64,000 bases of DNA from a virus: the IMG/VR virus record IMGVR_UViG_3300030098_006570, positions 84,085-148,084 of that record, one strand, 5' to 3'. Under the pieces are notes generated by a model. That model had not been told where the DNA came from and ran no database searches. It saw only the letters and a program-made list of their open reading frames with translations. Made by a program: the position numbers and the translations under genes. Shown here in pieces: positions 1 to 10,488 of this stretch (position 1 is its first letter; each line of letters begins with the position of its first letter).

Positions 1-74
1 GAATAGAATCAAAATCGCGGCTAGTATAATCAATAGGTTGTAATCGTTTAGGCATGCTAGTGGTCTCGTAATAA

Positions 75-470
75 TTAGTTAGTGTTCACAGGAATCAATA
101 CACTCGTTGAAATTTGTAAAGGCACAATTGTAAACTGAATTTGAATGGCAATTGTGTTAGGAAAGAGATCAGGGTTGTTTTCCGGCGTACTAAACGTGAT
201 GTTGTTAATCTGAACAAACTTCATATAAGTGGCGACTTGGCTATAAATTCGGTCGTTGATAGCGTCATAAGTTGAAAGATTGTTATTTTCAAAAAAGAAC
301 CTACGGAGCCCGACACCAAAGCTAGGATTCATCATCCTCTCTCCCGGATTAGTTAATATTAGCATTTTGAGATTCTGAGTTACCACTTGCTTATAATCTG
401 TATTGAGATTATAAGCTCCGAATGTTTCATCTACAACCAAAGGTAACTGTGGGGATAAGCCTGACGCCAT
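75..470 (-). CDS. Baseplate wedge subunit, gp25/GPW-like
   Basis: NLKMLILTNPGERMMNPSFGVGL matches the gp25 T-x-PGER-x-x-x-P-x-FG motif; 131 aa. Confidence 0.88.
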   Translation of the reverse strand: MASGLSPQLPLVVDETFGAYNLNTDYKQVVTQNLKMLILTNPGERMMNPSFGVGLRRFFFENNNLSTYDAINDRIYSQVATYMKFVQINNITFSTPENNPDLFPNTIAIQIQFTIVPLQISTSVLIPVNTN

Positions 471-500
471 TTCTTTTTCTCCTAGTGCGCTACACTATAA

Positions 501-3500
501 TTAACACTCCGGCAAACTTTCTTCCCCAGAAACTTCAGTCTCTTCTCCATCGAGATCATCTTCGATCGCCTTTTTCGCCAATTCGAGCAAGATGTATAAC
601 ACTCCAAAAGGAAGAGGGGGTAACATTATCATGCCAGTAAGGGTGCCTGTGAAGTCAACGCCGTCAAGAGTAAATTTAGGCAAAATATTGTTGATAAGCT
701 CTTCGTTATTGGCGGCATTATTGAGCGGCGGAGGACTGGCGCTTATGGCTGCCTCCAGGCCTGATTGCATTCCAAATTCAACCAAACACAGCATAACTCC
801 AAGTAACTGTTCGCCAGTAATTTCAAGGCCGGTTTGCTCCTTCAACTCTGCTAAGGGTGGAGCTGCATCAATAACTTTGATAATTTCACTAAATGCGGTC
901 CCCGTTATATTGCGCACCACCTTCCATATGGCTACGTGGGGGTCTATCATTTCTGCAAGGCCCTTCAAAATCATGATGGGGGTCTCTATGAGCATCTTTA
1001 AGATGAAATCACGACCCATAGACTGCATGGTAGCTGCGAACTCCGGACCTTGTGTGTTTTGAATGGCTGCCCTAGCTGCGGCGCGATCGTTGCCTGGATC
1101 TTCCTGCTCTTCTCGATTGTACAATACATCTAGGAAAGCGTTAACTATAAAGGCTTTTGTGGCACCGTAGGTTTGATCAATCTGTTCAAAATAGCGCTCC
1201 GTCAAATAAAAGTTCTGGTACATGGGGACCATGGTAATAAATGATTGAATAAAAGTCTCACCAAAAATTTGTTTGTAAACGGGATTATTGGCAATACGCG
1301 TCACCTCAGCATTACGTGCGTTCTGTTGCTGGATCGTAAGAGGCCCTGTCGCTAACCAATCATCCAATTGATCGCGTAAAAGCTCGAAGGCCGAGTCAGG
1401 TAAAAAAGCATCCCACTGATCGTTTTCTACTTCAAAATCAGCTATCGTCACGCGAATAAGAGGGGTATCAACATACCCTACATTATTGTAAAGGAGAGGA
1501 GTATCAACAGGCCTACCATCTTCATACGTGAATAGGCTGGCCTGATCTTCTATCAAAGCATCCGCGCTTGCTTCGGTGAGTGCAAACAGATTATTCTGAC
1601 TCTGATCAAGGTCTTGCATGTGGCCTATTCGCGAAATCAGCAATGATGCATATGATTCCACTGCAATGTCAGCAGAGGTGCCCTGGCCTTGGAGTTCGTT
1701 GTTGGACTGACTAGTGAACTCCGTGTCGAGACTATTAGTGGTGGAGGGCAAGAAGTAAACAAGCCTAGTTTTTACCCGCAAGTTTACAAAGCTAAAATCG
1801 AAGTCAGGTAGGAGAATGTTGTGGGACCCCTCTATATAGGGAGGACTTGTGTCGCCCCCATAGAAAGTGTTGCGAAACTCGGATAGTTCCAATTCGCCTC
1901 CTAATTCTCTCGTTAGTTCTAGAGCCTCCGGAGCATCGCCGCCGGTGATTCCGTCCCAAACCACCACTCTCTCTAGCGCAAGAGTGCCGTAAGCTAAAGG
2001 AGATCCGTTGGTGCGGGAGAGTATATTATGACCTGGTTCCAAGTCCATCGATGGGTTTCGAAGGCTCGTGAACCCCAAAATATCCTGAATAAAGGCTTGA
2101 TTGTAGGTTTTTTTGAACTGACCTTGTGGTGTCGCCAGTCTTACTGAATTGGACATAGCCGTTCGGCCCCAGTGAATCCTCTGATTAACCAGATAACTGA
2201 GCAACTCTAGCCAGTTAGCATCTGTAAATATGGTCCCCACGGGAAAGACAACCGCCTCATTGTGATCCAGGATGCCGCCGCGGGAAGCAACCACAGCGCG
2301 GCCCATCTTGCGATTGTAATACTCTTGAATAGCTCGGCGCATATCCGGTTGTTGGTTGATACGTCGTTCAAGATCCCCCAGGATCTGAGCTGTCATAAAC
2401 TGTGCTATGACGGGATCCGACATCAACTCATTGACATTGAATGCAGCAAAGGCAAAGATGTTTTTAATAACAAATTCGGCTACCTCGATCTGAATAAGAT
2501 TCAAGAATAATGACAACAGCACCGCATATCGGATCTTGTCGTCCAAAGGTATATCATCATCAAAACAAGCAGATTCTAAGAATTCTTCTTTAACCTGTCT
2601 TAGGATTCCGTCAGCATCTAGAAGATCGGCTGCTGCTTGGGGGGGGCAATTACTGTTATCTTTGAAAAATTGCAAAGCGCGGACCCCAGCCGCATCAAAT
2701 ACGCCATTTGCAGCAATATAGTTAAACATAGCTTTGGTAAGGCCAGCATACAATGACGGATAAAGCCAGGTCTCTATTTCTTCGGTAATAATTAGGTTCT
2801 GTTCGAGAGTAGTTGTATCCTGTAATATAGGCTGGAGTCCGGTGGCGACAGGGCCTGTGAACCTGTATACATAAGGGTTAGTTTGTAGTCGCATCCCCAT
2901 TTCCTGGTCAACGCCCGTCGCAACTGGATAGAAGTGGGATCCCAACACGTCCAATACCGAGGAGCTAATTTGGAATTCAGCTTTTGGCGGCAATATAGTC
3001 CCAATGCCCGAGGCACTAATTTGTACCTCAGCAAAGCTAAGATTCTCTGCATCCTCTCCACCTCCCATGGCTACTGCGGTGTTGAATCTAGGGTATGAAA
3101 GGGTCAAACTATCTTTGCGGCCAATGGTAGAAAAATTATAGGTTAGGCTGAGATCCCGATAGGCCAAGGCGCCGGCGCCGATATTGGTGACGATGACTGC
3201 GTCGGGATCGGCGAGAGTAGGGTTCCAAGTGGCCAGGGAGCCTGTATTTAGGCTTTCGTCGGCGCTCGTAGCCACATAATGGTTTGCCTCAACTCGCTCA
3301 GTCGTATTATTAAAGGTGGGGGCGCTAGCAATATAATTGGTGAAATTTGAGAGATAATTACTTGGGAAAGAATAAGTGGCACGCAAGTTATTGGGGCCAG
3401 GGCCGTCGCTACTCGTAATCTGTGCCGCAATGTCCCCTAGCCGGTCGTTGATAGAGGTAATAGCATCAACAAAATCAGGATCCGCAAAGACATCACCCAG

Positions 3501-6137
3501 GACCTGGAAACTTGCCTGGAGCGCGCTGATATTTGGGACACCGGCACAGTTCGGGCTCCCCAGTGCCTCTTCGAGGTTGGTCGCGAATTCAGAAAAACCT
3601 GTCATCACATCCTGAAGCATATCCTCGGCCGCGCTGCCGAGATCGGCGCCCTCTTCATTCTGTGGGGTGGGTAAAAACTTATTCATTATATCTAAGGTAG
3701 CTTGGCCCTTGGTAGAGGCCCCCCCATTACTACCCGCAACCACGCCGGGCTCCAATAATGTATCGAGTACGGCCTCTGTCGAATTAATAAACTGCAGTTC
3801 AATTGCTTCTGTAGTAAAATTGAGAATCTGGGGAACACTACGTTCAATGAGAGGATTGCTGATGAACCCTTCTTTATCGGGACAATCAAAATTGATTGGG
3901 GGAAGATCTAGTTGTAGACCGTTCTCAATAAGGTCCAACAGCGAATCTATATCCTGTGCATCTATGGCATTTGCGACATCTTCTTCTGTTAGACAAATGT
4001 TGTCTTGATTTATCTCATACGCGCCGTCAACTATCTCATCACATAATGATGTCACATCAACAATTTCCGAAAGATTGGCAAAAAAGGCCATCACCGCATT
4101 GACGGTCAACAACTGAGTATTTACATAGGGATGCGGATAGGTTCTATTATAATCAATGATACGAAGACTTAGTTCATCGCTCACCAAGTCCCGATTGGTA
4201 AACAATAGGCAAATTTCAAGAGAACTTAAAATATTGGACAAGTCTTGCAAATAAGCATACAGGTCATCTGGTGGCATGGGACGATTTAGTAGAGCAGCCG
4301 CATTTGGATTGGCGCCATAAATATTCCCAGGAGTTTGGGGGAGAAACTCGGTGATGTCACGAGCACCATAATCATTCGCATAAGGATTATTAAAATCACA
4401 AGCCTCACTTATCAGCTTGGCCAGCTCCTTCATAATTTCCAATACAGCGTTGCGTAAACCATCCAACAACGCCTTGAGTATCTGCTTCCAAATATCTCCT
4501 GTAAGAGAGAAGGGCTTAAACATCTCTAGATCAATATCGGGCTTACTAATTTCATTTTTGGGCAATTCCGGGGGAAGATAAATACTTCCCGCTTGGTTGG
4601 TCAAAGCCCGCTGAACCGCCTGGTTGATTCTGGCCATCTCTGGCGCTATGCCCAACGTTAAGCATCGGAAAGCTTCCTTTGCTAATTCACTTACACCAAA
4701 CTGACGAAAGACCAAATCTAGAGGAGAATTCTTTTTTACAAAACCTAGCGGACCTTGAGTTAGGAGCTGATCTAACTTTTTACTTACATTGATGCCCGCT
4801 TTGAGGACCGCAGCTTTCTGTTCTGCGAATACTTTGGCTGCTAACTCAGGATTTTCTAGTACTTTTTCTTTAAGTTCCTTGACCTGTTCCGAAGTAAGGG
4901 CAGCCTCCATTCCATCAGAAAGGGCTTGAGTATTTATGGGAATGCCTGCGTCTTTGGCGGCCTTAATAAATCCCTGATGAGCCTCTTCGGCTGCATTTTC
5001 AGTAATAGGAGTGACGAAATCAAACTGATCCCAATTATCCTCGAAGTTGAACTGACCACCTCCCAGTTGCATAAAGCTGCCGGTCCCAACAGTGTCGACA
5101 AAATCGAGAAAAGAATAGCCGGTATTACCTACAATGCCAGGGGGCTGCTGTTGCATCCTCTGCATACCCTCCAGGACATCCTCATAGTTCTTCATGAGGC
5201 TCAGCCCTAACTTATCATGCATAAGCGGGTTGTACTTGACATTGGTAAGATAGCCAACTGCTAATGTCTGTGTTGCCGGCGACTCTTCCTCTACAAAATA
5301 CTCCATTTTCGAGATGGCAATCTTATCCTCTTTGTCTGCATAAGTACCGAAATAAATTGTCAAACTATCGGCTTCATTAAAATCTTGAACATCATTTTTA
5401 GAATTGAATTGCTTTACTAGGACTTGCACAAAAAGGCTAAGAAATTTTTGAATATCTCTTTGGAAAAAAGTAAGGTCCAGCGCCGGAGTACTATTTGCAG
5501 GCATCGTAAGGAGTTGAAGAAAAAACCTCTGAAACCCTTGGGCGAAAACGTCTGCGGATGACAGAACATCAGTGAGAAGGAACGTTGTCTGAGAGTCGGG
5601 GGCCGTAATACCCCCGTCCTCTTGAAGGCTGTTGAAGTATTCTACTACCGGAGCCATGGGAGGAAGACCGGCAAAACCTACAAGTTCGCCCTCTTGGTTA
5701 TAGATTCTTTGTTGAGAGGGCGCATAGGTCCCGTCCCCTATAGTGCGACGGACACTATCCACCGACTCGCCGCGGTTCGGGCTATAGCTTGCGACCACGT
5801 ACGACCGATCGAAAGGAGGCGCTGCGCTGTGATAATAGCCGGCTACGGCTACCTGGCTTGTCAGCTGGGCGCGGAGCACTTCATAGGTGTCCTGATATTC
5901 CGGGACATCAGGAAATATATTCCCCAAATCTTCAGCTAGTCCGGGCCAATACTCCGGATAATAATGCATCATAAAGCGATCTATAGCTTCTTCCTTAAGA
6001 GAGGGGGCACGTGCTTGAAAATCGGCGTTATCGGTGATGCGAGTTTCAGTGTGTAAGCGCACATAATAACGTCCCTTTTCGAAAAAAGGAATGTTAGGGG
6101 TGGCGCGTCTGAATTTCTTTCCTGTGAGTTTGGCCAT
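501..6137 (-). CDS. Very large hypothetical protein, probably virion/baseplate structural
   Basis: 1878-aa ORF between the gp25-like and spike/lysozyme genes; no family recognised. Confidence 0.55.
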   Translation of the reverse strand: MAKLTGKKFRRATPNIPFFEKGRYYVRLHTETRITDNADFQARAPSLKEEAIDRFMMHYYPEYWPGLAEDLGNIFPDVPEYQDTYEVLRAQLTSQVAVAGYYHSAAPPFDRSYVVASYSPNRGESVDSVRRTIGDGTYAPSQQRIYNQEGELVGFAGLPPMAPVVEYFNSLQEDGGITAPDSQTTFLLTDVLSSADVFAQGFQRFFLQLLTMPANSTPALDLTFFQRDIQKFLSLFVQVLVKQFNSKNDVQDFNEADSLTIYFGTYADKEDKIAISKMEYFVEEESPATQTLAVGYLTNVKYNPLMHDKLGLSLMKNYEDVLEGMQRMQQQPPGIVGNTGYSFLDFVDTVGTGSFMQLGGGQFNFEDNWDQFDFVTPITENAAEEAHQGFIKAAKDAGIPINTQALSDGMEAALTSEQVKELKEKVLENPELAAKVFAEQKAAVLKAGINVSKKLDQLLTQGPLGFVKKNSPLDLVFRQFGVSELAKEAFRCLTLGIAPEMARINQAVQRALTNQAGSIYLPPELPKNEISKPDIDLEMFKPFSLTGDIWKQILKALLDGLRNAVLEIMKELAKLISEACDFNNPYANDYGARDITEFLPQTPGNIYGANPNAAALLNRPMPPDDLYAYLQDLSNILSSLEICLLFTNRDLVSDELSLRIIDYNRTYPHPYVNTQLLTVNAVMAFFANLSEIVDVTSLCDEIVDGAYEINQDNICLTEEDVANAIDAQDIDSLLDLIENGLQLDLPPINFDCPDKEGFISNPLIERSVPQILNFTTEAIELQFINSTEAVLDTLLEPGVVAGSNGGASTKGQATLDIMNKFLPTPQNEEGADLGSAAEDMLQDVMTGFSEFATNLEEALGSPNCAGVPNISALQASFQVLGDVFADPDFVDAITSINDRLGDIAAQITSSDGPGPNNLRATYSFPSNYLSNFTNYIASAPTFNNTTERVEANHYVATSADESLNTGSLATWNPTLADPDAVIVTNIGAGALAYRDLSLTYNFSTIGRKDSLTLSYPRFNTAVAMGGGEDAENLSFAEVQISASGIGTILPPKAEFQISSSVLDVLGSHFYPVATGVDQEMGMRLQTNPYVYRFTGPVATGLQPILQDTTTLEQNLIITEEIETWLYPSLYAGLTKAMFNYIAANGVFDAAGVRALQFFKDNSNCPPQAAADLLDADGILRQVKEEFLESACFDDDIPLDDKIRYAVLLSLFLNLIQIEVAEFVIKNIFAFAAFNVNELMSDPVIAQFMTAQILGDLERRINQQPDMRRAIQEYYNRKMGRAVVASRGGILDHNEAVVFPVGTIFTDANWLELLSYLVNQRIHWGRTAMSNSVRLATPQGQFKKTYNQAFIQDILGFTSLRNPSMDLEPGHNILSRTNGSPLAYGTLALERVVVWDGITGGDAPEALELTRELGGELELSEFRNTFYGGDTSPPYIEGSHNILLPDFDFSFVNLRVKTRLVYFLPSTTNSLDTEFTSQSNNELQGQGTSADIAVESYASLLISRIGHMQDLDQSQNNLFALTEASADALIEDQASLFTYEDGRPVDTPLLYNNVGYVDTPLIRVTIADFEVENDQWDAFLPDSAFELLRDQLDDWLATGPLTIQQQNARNAEVTRIANNPVYKQIFGETFIQSFITMVPMYQNFYLTERYFEQIDQTYGATKAFIVNAFLDVLYNREEQEDPGNDRAAARAAIQNTQGPEFAATMQSMGRDFILKMLIETPIMILKGLAEMIDPHVAIWKVVRNITGTAFSEIIKVIDAAPPLAELKEQTGLEITGEQLLGVMLCLVEFGMQSGLEAAISASPPPLNNAANNEELINNILPKFTLDGVDFTGTLTGMIMLPPLPFGVLYILLELAKKAIEDDLDGEETEVSGEESLPEC

Positions 6138-6139
6138 AT

Positions 6140-7150
6140 CTAATTTGTATTGTTATATTTGCTTAGCAAATATGAACTCTTTCCTCGACGGACCGTTTCA
6201 GCGCCAGCGGGAGCTTCAATATACTTTTGCTGAAGACTGGTTAGTTTCATCATTTGTTTGTAACATTCGGTTTCGACGTTTGTTACCAAATTAATGATAC
6301 GCTTAAACCCTTCCGGTAAATTTTGGAAGTCTACAGAGGTAGGGGATCCATAAAATGGACTAAAGTGCGTGTGAAACACCATCTGTATCTGGAATTGTCT
6401 ATTATAATCTAAGAAGGTGAGGAAAATATCTCGCAAATCATGAATGGCGCCGAGGGTCTCTTGGAGAAACTCCACTAAGTTGTCACCCTTCACTAAAGGT
6501 TGCATGTCACGATCGTCGTTCAGGGCTATCAAATCAATACCATAGCCTGTTGTAACAGCATTATTTAGTTCTCCTCCTTGAGAATTCTGACGATCGGTAC
6601 GAGTCACAAGCTTGATATTTTCGCGCGCGATAAAACGTAATGTATCAGCTTTGAGTGCAACTGTAGAGCGAGGATCACCGGTGCTCGTATTTCCCACTGT
6701 GCCCTCAGCCAAACCAAAATACTTGTCCACATTCGATTTCTGACTGAGATAGACGCGGGCGGAATCTAGCTTGAAATTGGGGTTTGTCTCAACCGGGCGT
6801 CCATCATCATAAAAAGCAGAGCCACGAGATCCTAAACGACCGACAACCAAATCCAGAGATGCACAGTGAGTATTGCCGCGTTGGCCATAGCCCGATAGAA
6901 GATTATGGGGTCGATCCACTCCAAAAACGATCCAGGCATTGCCGCGATTATATACTTCTTCGTCTTTAGATTCGATATAGGTGGGAGTATCGAAGTTTGG
7001 CCTACTAGTTTTCCCTAGTCCAAAAAAAGCCGCCTTGTCTTCAGGATTAGATAACGCCTCAAATTGCTGGCGCAAATACCGCGGTAGCTTGGAGGGGTCG
7101 ATAGCTTTGGCGTTTTTCTGTGCTTTCAGATTAATATTAGATTTTGACAT
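6140..7150 (-). CDS. Putative baseplate central spike/hub protein
   Basis: Likely start MSKSN at 7150; next to the lysozyme hub gene; H-x-H (FHTH) in the C-terminal part, as in metal-binding spikes. Confidence 0.45.
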   Translation of the reverse strand: MSKSNINLKAQKNAKAIDPSKLPRYLRQQFEALSNPEDKAAFFGLGKTSRPNFDTPTYIESKDEEVYNRGNAWIVFGVDRPHNLLSGYGQRGNTHCASLDLVVGRLGSRGSAFYDDGRPVETNPNFKLDSARVYLSQKSNVDKYFGLAEGTVGNTSTGDPRSTVALKADTLRFIARENIKLVTRTDRQNSQGGELNNAVTTGYGIDLIALNDDRDMQPLVKGDNLVEFLQETLGAIHDLRDIFLTFLDYNRQFQIQMVFHTHFSPFYGSPTSVDFQNLPEGFKRIINLVTNVETECYKQMMKLTSLQQKYIEAPAGAETVRRGKSSYLLSKYNNTN

Positions 7151-7154
7151 GATA

Positions 7155-8411
7155 TTACGCCTGATAGAACAGGCTGCGCTCCCTTTCGCGGAGCCGATTG
7201 ACACCCGCTAAATATTTTTCCTCGCCGCGCCGGAGATAACCCATCTGACCATATACAGTAAAGGCTTCCGCGGCTCCCTTATAATCAGGAGGAGTTTGAG
7301 CCAAGTAGGGTTTGATAATATATTTGTTGACGTTTCCTTCACCGGCGTTGTAAACAGCCGACATCAGAGCATCAAACTGGTTCTGTGTAACTTTGACGTT
7401 ATTGGCTGCCCGCAACATTTGAACTAACTTCTTCTCCCTTTTCTTGATATCTTGATCAAAGAGCGCCTCGGCTTCGGCCTGGGTCAACGTCGGAGCTGGC
7501 GCCCTATTGTTCTTGCCGTCGGGCGGTACTCCGCCTTTGAGCCATTCCGCGGGGATCTGGCCTGCTGCTTCAAGTTCATGACACGGCTTAAGACCCCCAA
7601 CCAGGTGCCCAATACCCACCGTACAATAATTCAAAGGATCATTATAAAGCTCTAACACCACACCCTCGGCCTTCCTTTTTTTGTCTACAGCTGCCTGGGA
7701 CATAGCAGTAACAAGGGGAGCATCTGCTCCCGGTACAGGAGGGGTGCCAGGCAGAGGTGTAGGACCACTTCCATCTCCCAGGGCCGAAGCGGTGGCTCCC
7801 TTGAACTGAGAAGCAAGATCAGCCTGGATCTTCCCAAAACCATCCAACAATACGAAGTCTTGGTTGCTTCCCTCTACAATCTTTGGACCAAACAGGCGAT
7901 GGCGATCTTCATATTCTACATCTACGACCGCGCCGATGGGGAGAGCGAGTAGGTCGTTGCGGCCCGCAACTGTAAATATGTCAGGATAGGTCTTGATGAC
8001 TGGGTCTTCTGCGTTTTTGGGAGCGGGACGAGGTTCTAGTTCGGGAATATAAACCTTATAAGCAACGCGGCCAGGGCTACGGTAAGGATCATCCCTCCCG
8101 CCGCTCGTGCGCGACTGTACGGCGCCGGCATCGGAAGTTCCCTCAAGATTGGTGGCGACATAGCCTTGCAACAAATCCATCCGATTACTGTAGCGTGGCA
8201 TTGTAATAACCCGGCGATTAACTATGATTCCCTTGAAGCGTTGGATAGTTTGTAGGGTGCTAACTCCATAGGCCCGGCTTGTGGCGGCATTCAGCGCATT
8301 CAAACTGCTGGTTCGCCGGCGATCGCCCGAGTGTGCCACATTTTTGTCTTCGAGGGGATTGAGAGTACCAAAGGGTAAATCCTCTGTAAGATTAAGTTTC
8401 CCCGACGCCAT
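7155..8411 (-). CDS. Baseplate hub/tail lysozyme with C-terminal GH24 domain (gp5-like)
   Basis: EGVVLELYNDPLNYCTVGIGH (E/D/T catalytic segment) and TQNQFDALMSAVYNAG; Pro/Gly linker to the N-terminal domain. Confidence 0.8.
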   Translation of the reverse strand: MASGKLNLTEDLPFGTLNPLEDKNVAHSGDRRRTSSLNALNAATSRAYGVSTLQTIQRFKGIIVNRRVITMPRYSNRMDLLQGYVATNLEGTSDAGAVQSRTSGGRDDPYRSPGRVAYKVYIPELEPRPAPKNAEDPVIKTYPDIFTVAGRNDLLALPIGAVVDVEYEDRHRLFGPKIVEGSNQDFVLLDGFGKIQADLASQFKGATASALGDGSGPTPLPGTPPVPGADAPLVTAMSQAAVDKKRKAEGVVLELYNDPLNYCTVGIGHLVGGLKPCHELEAAGQIPAEWLKGGVPPDGKNNRAPAPTLTQAEAEALFDQDIKKREKKLVQMLRAANNVKVTQNQFDALMSAVYNAGEGNVNKYIIKPYLAQTPPDYKGAAEAFTVYGQMGYLRRGEEKYLAGVNRLRERERSLFYQA

Positions 8412-8709
8412 TTCCGGCCTCCTCGTTCAATAAATCAAATAATTGTTCTTTGTCATCGGCCGTCAGACCAAACTGTTGAGATTTTTGTTTTTGTACAAGC
8501 GCTGCCAATTTCACCAGTTGTTCGTTAGATCTCTGCAGATTTTCTACATACTTAGCGGCGATCGAACCCATTTCCTTACGAGCCACATCAGACATTTTCA
8601 TGTCATTGATAGTATCCATCAGTAACGACTTGGCCATTGCGCGGTCTTCACGAATATTGGTTGTCGTTTCGGCTATATAGTCATCTAAGGTAAGGTTCTT
8701 TTTACTCAT
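8392..8709 (-). CDS. Hypothetical helical protein
   Basis: Tightly coupled ORF in the operon. Confidence 0.6.
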   Translation of the reverse strand: MSKKNLTLDDYIAETTTNIREDRAMAKSLLMDTINDMKMSDVARKEMGSIAAKYVENLQRSNEQLVKLAALVQKQKSQQFGLTADDKEQLFDLLNEEAGNGVGET

Positions 8710-8710
8710 T

Positions 8711-9433
8711 TTATATCTCTCCGCTTTCCCACTTCTTTCGAAACGCCCTATAATGTTTGCGTAGTTTATTCAAATTATTGACTACCTGTTTGGTGTTCAG
8801 TCCTGTTATTTCACGCAGATATAAATAAATAGCTTTTTTGTTGAAAATTTCAATGGTGTCGGCCGAATCCAAAAGAATCCGAACCGCCATCAAAACCTTT
8901 CGCTCGTTTTCCTTGAGCATAATGGCATCCCAGGTGTCTATCTCTTTATAGAGAGAAAGCCAAAACTCAACATCTTCGCGAGTCTCAATATAGTTGGGTT
9001 CTTCCGAGACACACTCTTCTCCCAATTCGGAGAGCATATCTTCCAAGAAAACTTCGGTACGATTTCGTTTTTGATTGCGCTTTACTTTATGAATAAACCA
9101 GTTTTTGGTTACAACCGAAAAGTAAGAAAATGCTTTTGAGCCCTTCGAAGGGTCGTATTTTTCTAAAATAGTTGTAAGCCAGATTTTACAATCGTCGCTC
9201 AATGAGTCTATATTCGGAAGGCTTGTGAATCTATAGGTATAAATAATCTTATCTACCATTTGATTAAAGGCAGGCTGGATAAGCTCTCCATATAATTTTT
9301 CTCTAAGATCCCGGTCTGGTGTTTGGCAATATGTGATTATTGCTTCTTCATGAACTTTGGTGAAATAATGGTTCTTGGTGCGCTTTCTACGTGGCTTCGA
9401 TCGGCCTGGGATTATCTTCTTCTTCGATGTCAT
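8711..9433 (-). CDS. Phage RNA polymerase sigma factor (T4 gp55-like, late)
   Basis: N-terminal KNHYF and region-2-like KYDPSKGSKAFSYFSVVTKNWF. Confidence 0.75.
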   Translation of the reverse strand: MTSKKKIIPGRSKPRRKRTKNHYFTKVHEEAIITYCQTPDRDLREKLYGELIQPAFNQMVDKIIYTYRFTSLPNIDSLSDDCKIWLTTILEKYDPSKGSKAFSYFSVVTKNWFIHKVKRNQKRNRTEVFLEDMLSELGEECVSEEPNYIETREDVEFWLSLYKEIDTWDAIMLKENERKVLMAVRILLDSADTIEIFNKKAIYLYLREITGLNTKQVVNNLNKLRKHYRAFRKKWESGEI

Positions 9434-9722
9434 TTAATTCTTCCTCTAGTTCGATGTCCAGAGTATACTCGAATACCTCTCTAAATATCTCTATTTCCTC
9501 TGTAATACTTTTCGTACGATGCATAAGCTCCTCAATCATAGGCTCACCATGATATGAATTCATGCCATACAGTGACTTGAGGAAAACTGAATAGGATCGA
9601 AATAGAAGATAGAGATCTGATAAGTTTTCGGAGATAAAAATGAATTTTTGTAAGACTTTGACCACATACCACAACAAGAGAAGATTGAGAACACTGGACA
9701 CTGTAACTATAAAGTAAATCAT
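9387..9722 (-). CDS. Hypothetical membrane-anchored protein
   Basis: Hydrophobic N-terminus, acidic C-terminus. Confidence 0.6.
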   Translation of the reverse strand: MIYFIVTVSSVLNLLLLWYVVKVLQKFIFISENLSDLYLLFRSYSVFLKSLYGMNSYHGEPMIEELMHRTKSITEEIEIFREVFEYTLDIELEEELNDIEEEDNPRPIEAT

Positions 9723-9973
9723 TTCTTTTTATTTCTCAACTCATCTTTTTGTCTCGCCAGCTCTTGGCGTGAATTTTTGATGAACTCTTCCGTAATAGAC
9801 CCCACTTTCTGCGGTGCGTCTACAGTGGAGTGTGCGGTAGTAATCGGAGTGAGTAGTTTTGTGAGTGCATTCTCTGCGTCACACTTGGGGCATTGAGATA
9901 TCGTTTCATCAGCAAGATGAAACAGAGTCATTTCCTGTGTGCACACAGAACAGCGATACAAGTATCGCGGCAT
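9719..9973 (-). CDS. FmdB-family zinc-ribbon protein
   Basis: MPRYLYRCSVC...CPKC. Confidence 0.8.
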   Translation of the reverse strand: MPRYLYRCSVCTQEMTLFHLADETISQCPKCDAENALTKLLTPITTAHSTVDAPQKVGSITEEFIKNSRQELARQKDELRNKKK

Positions 9974-9975
9974 CT

Positions 9976-10194
9976 CTACTCCTCGTCAGTCAAAGCATCC
10001 GTCGTTTCAGGAAGGACAACGCCTTCGAAGTTAACAACCGGCGGGTTGGTGACAACCAGCGTAGAGTGGCTTGGGTCCTCAGGGTCATAGACAAAATCCA
10101 TATTCTGTAAGACCGGCACAATATCGCTTTGTTCCATTAAAGATTTCTGGAGAGCCATCATAAGGGCTCCAAGTGCTTGATTTGATAACTTCAT
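9976..10194 (-). CDS. Hypothetical protein
   Basis: Coupled ORF. Confidence 0.55.
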   Translation of the reverse strand: MKLSNQALGALMMALQKSLMEQSDIVPVLQNMDFVYDPEDPSHSTLVVTNPPVVNFEGVVLPETTDALTDEE

Positions 10195-10415
10195 CGCCCG
10201 CCCGCCAATCTTTCAAGCGCTACAAGACGTTCGTGGATATTACGCAAGTGCTTTTCCATATCCCGACTGTGATCACGGAATGCAGAGCGCAGCATCTCAT
10301 CCACTGTCTCTTTCACTTCTGTTCGAGTGATTGCGGGCGGATGGTTCGTATTCTGCGCAGCCCGTGGGCTCTTTTTAGTTGCGGCCGCGGTGGGCCTAGT
10401 CGTGGTTTTTCTCAT
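10191..10415 (-). CDS. Hypothetical protein
   Basis: Coupled ORF with upstream purine-rich RBS. Confidence 0.5.
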   Translation of the reverse strand: MRKTTTRPTAAATKKSPRAAQNTNHPPAITRTEVKETVDEMLRSAFRDHSRDMEKHLRNIHERLVALERLAGGR

Positions 10416-10488
10416 TTTATTATTTTCCTTTCTATGAATAATATTTTGTTTATATTACAGTATATTATAAACTGTTCTCACACACTCA

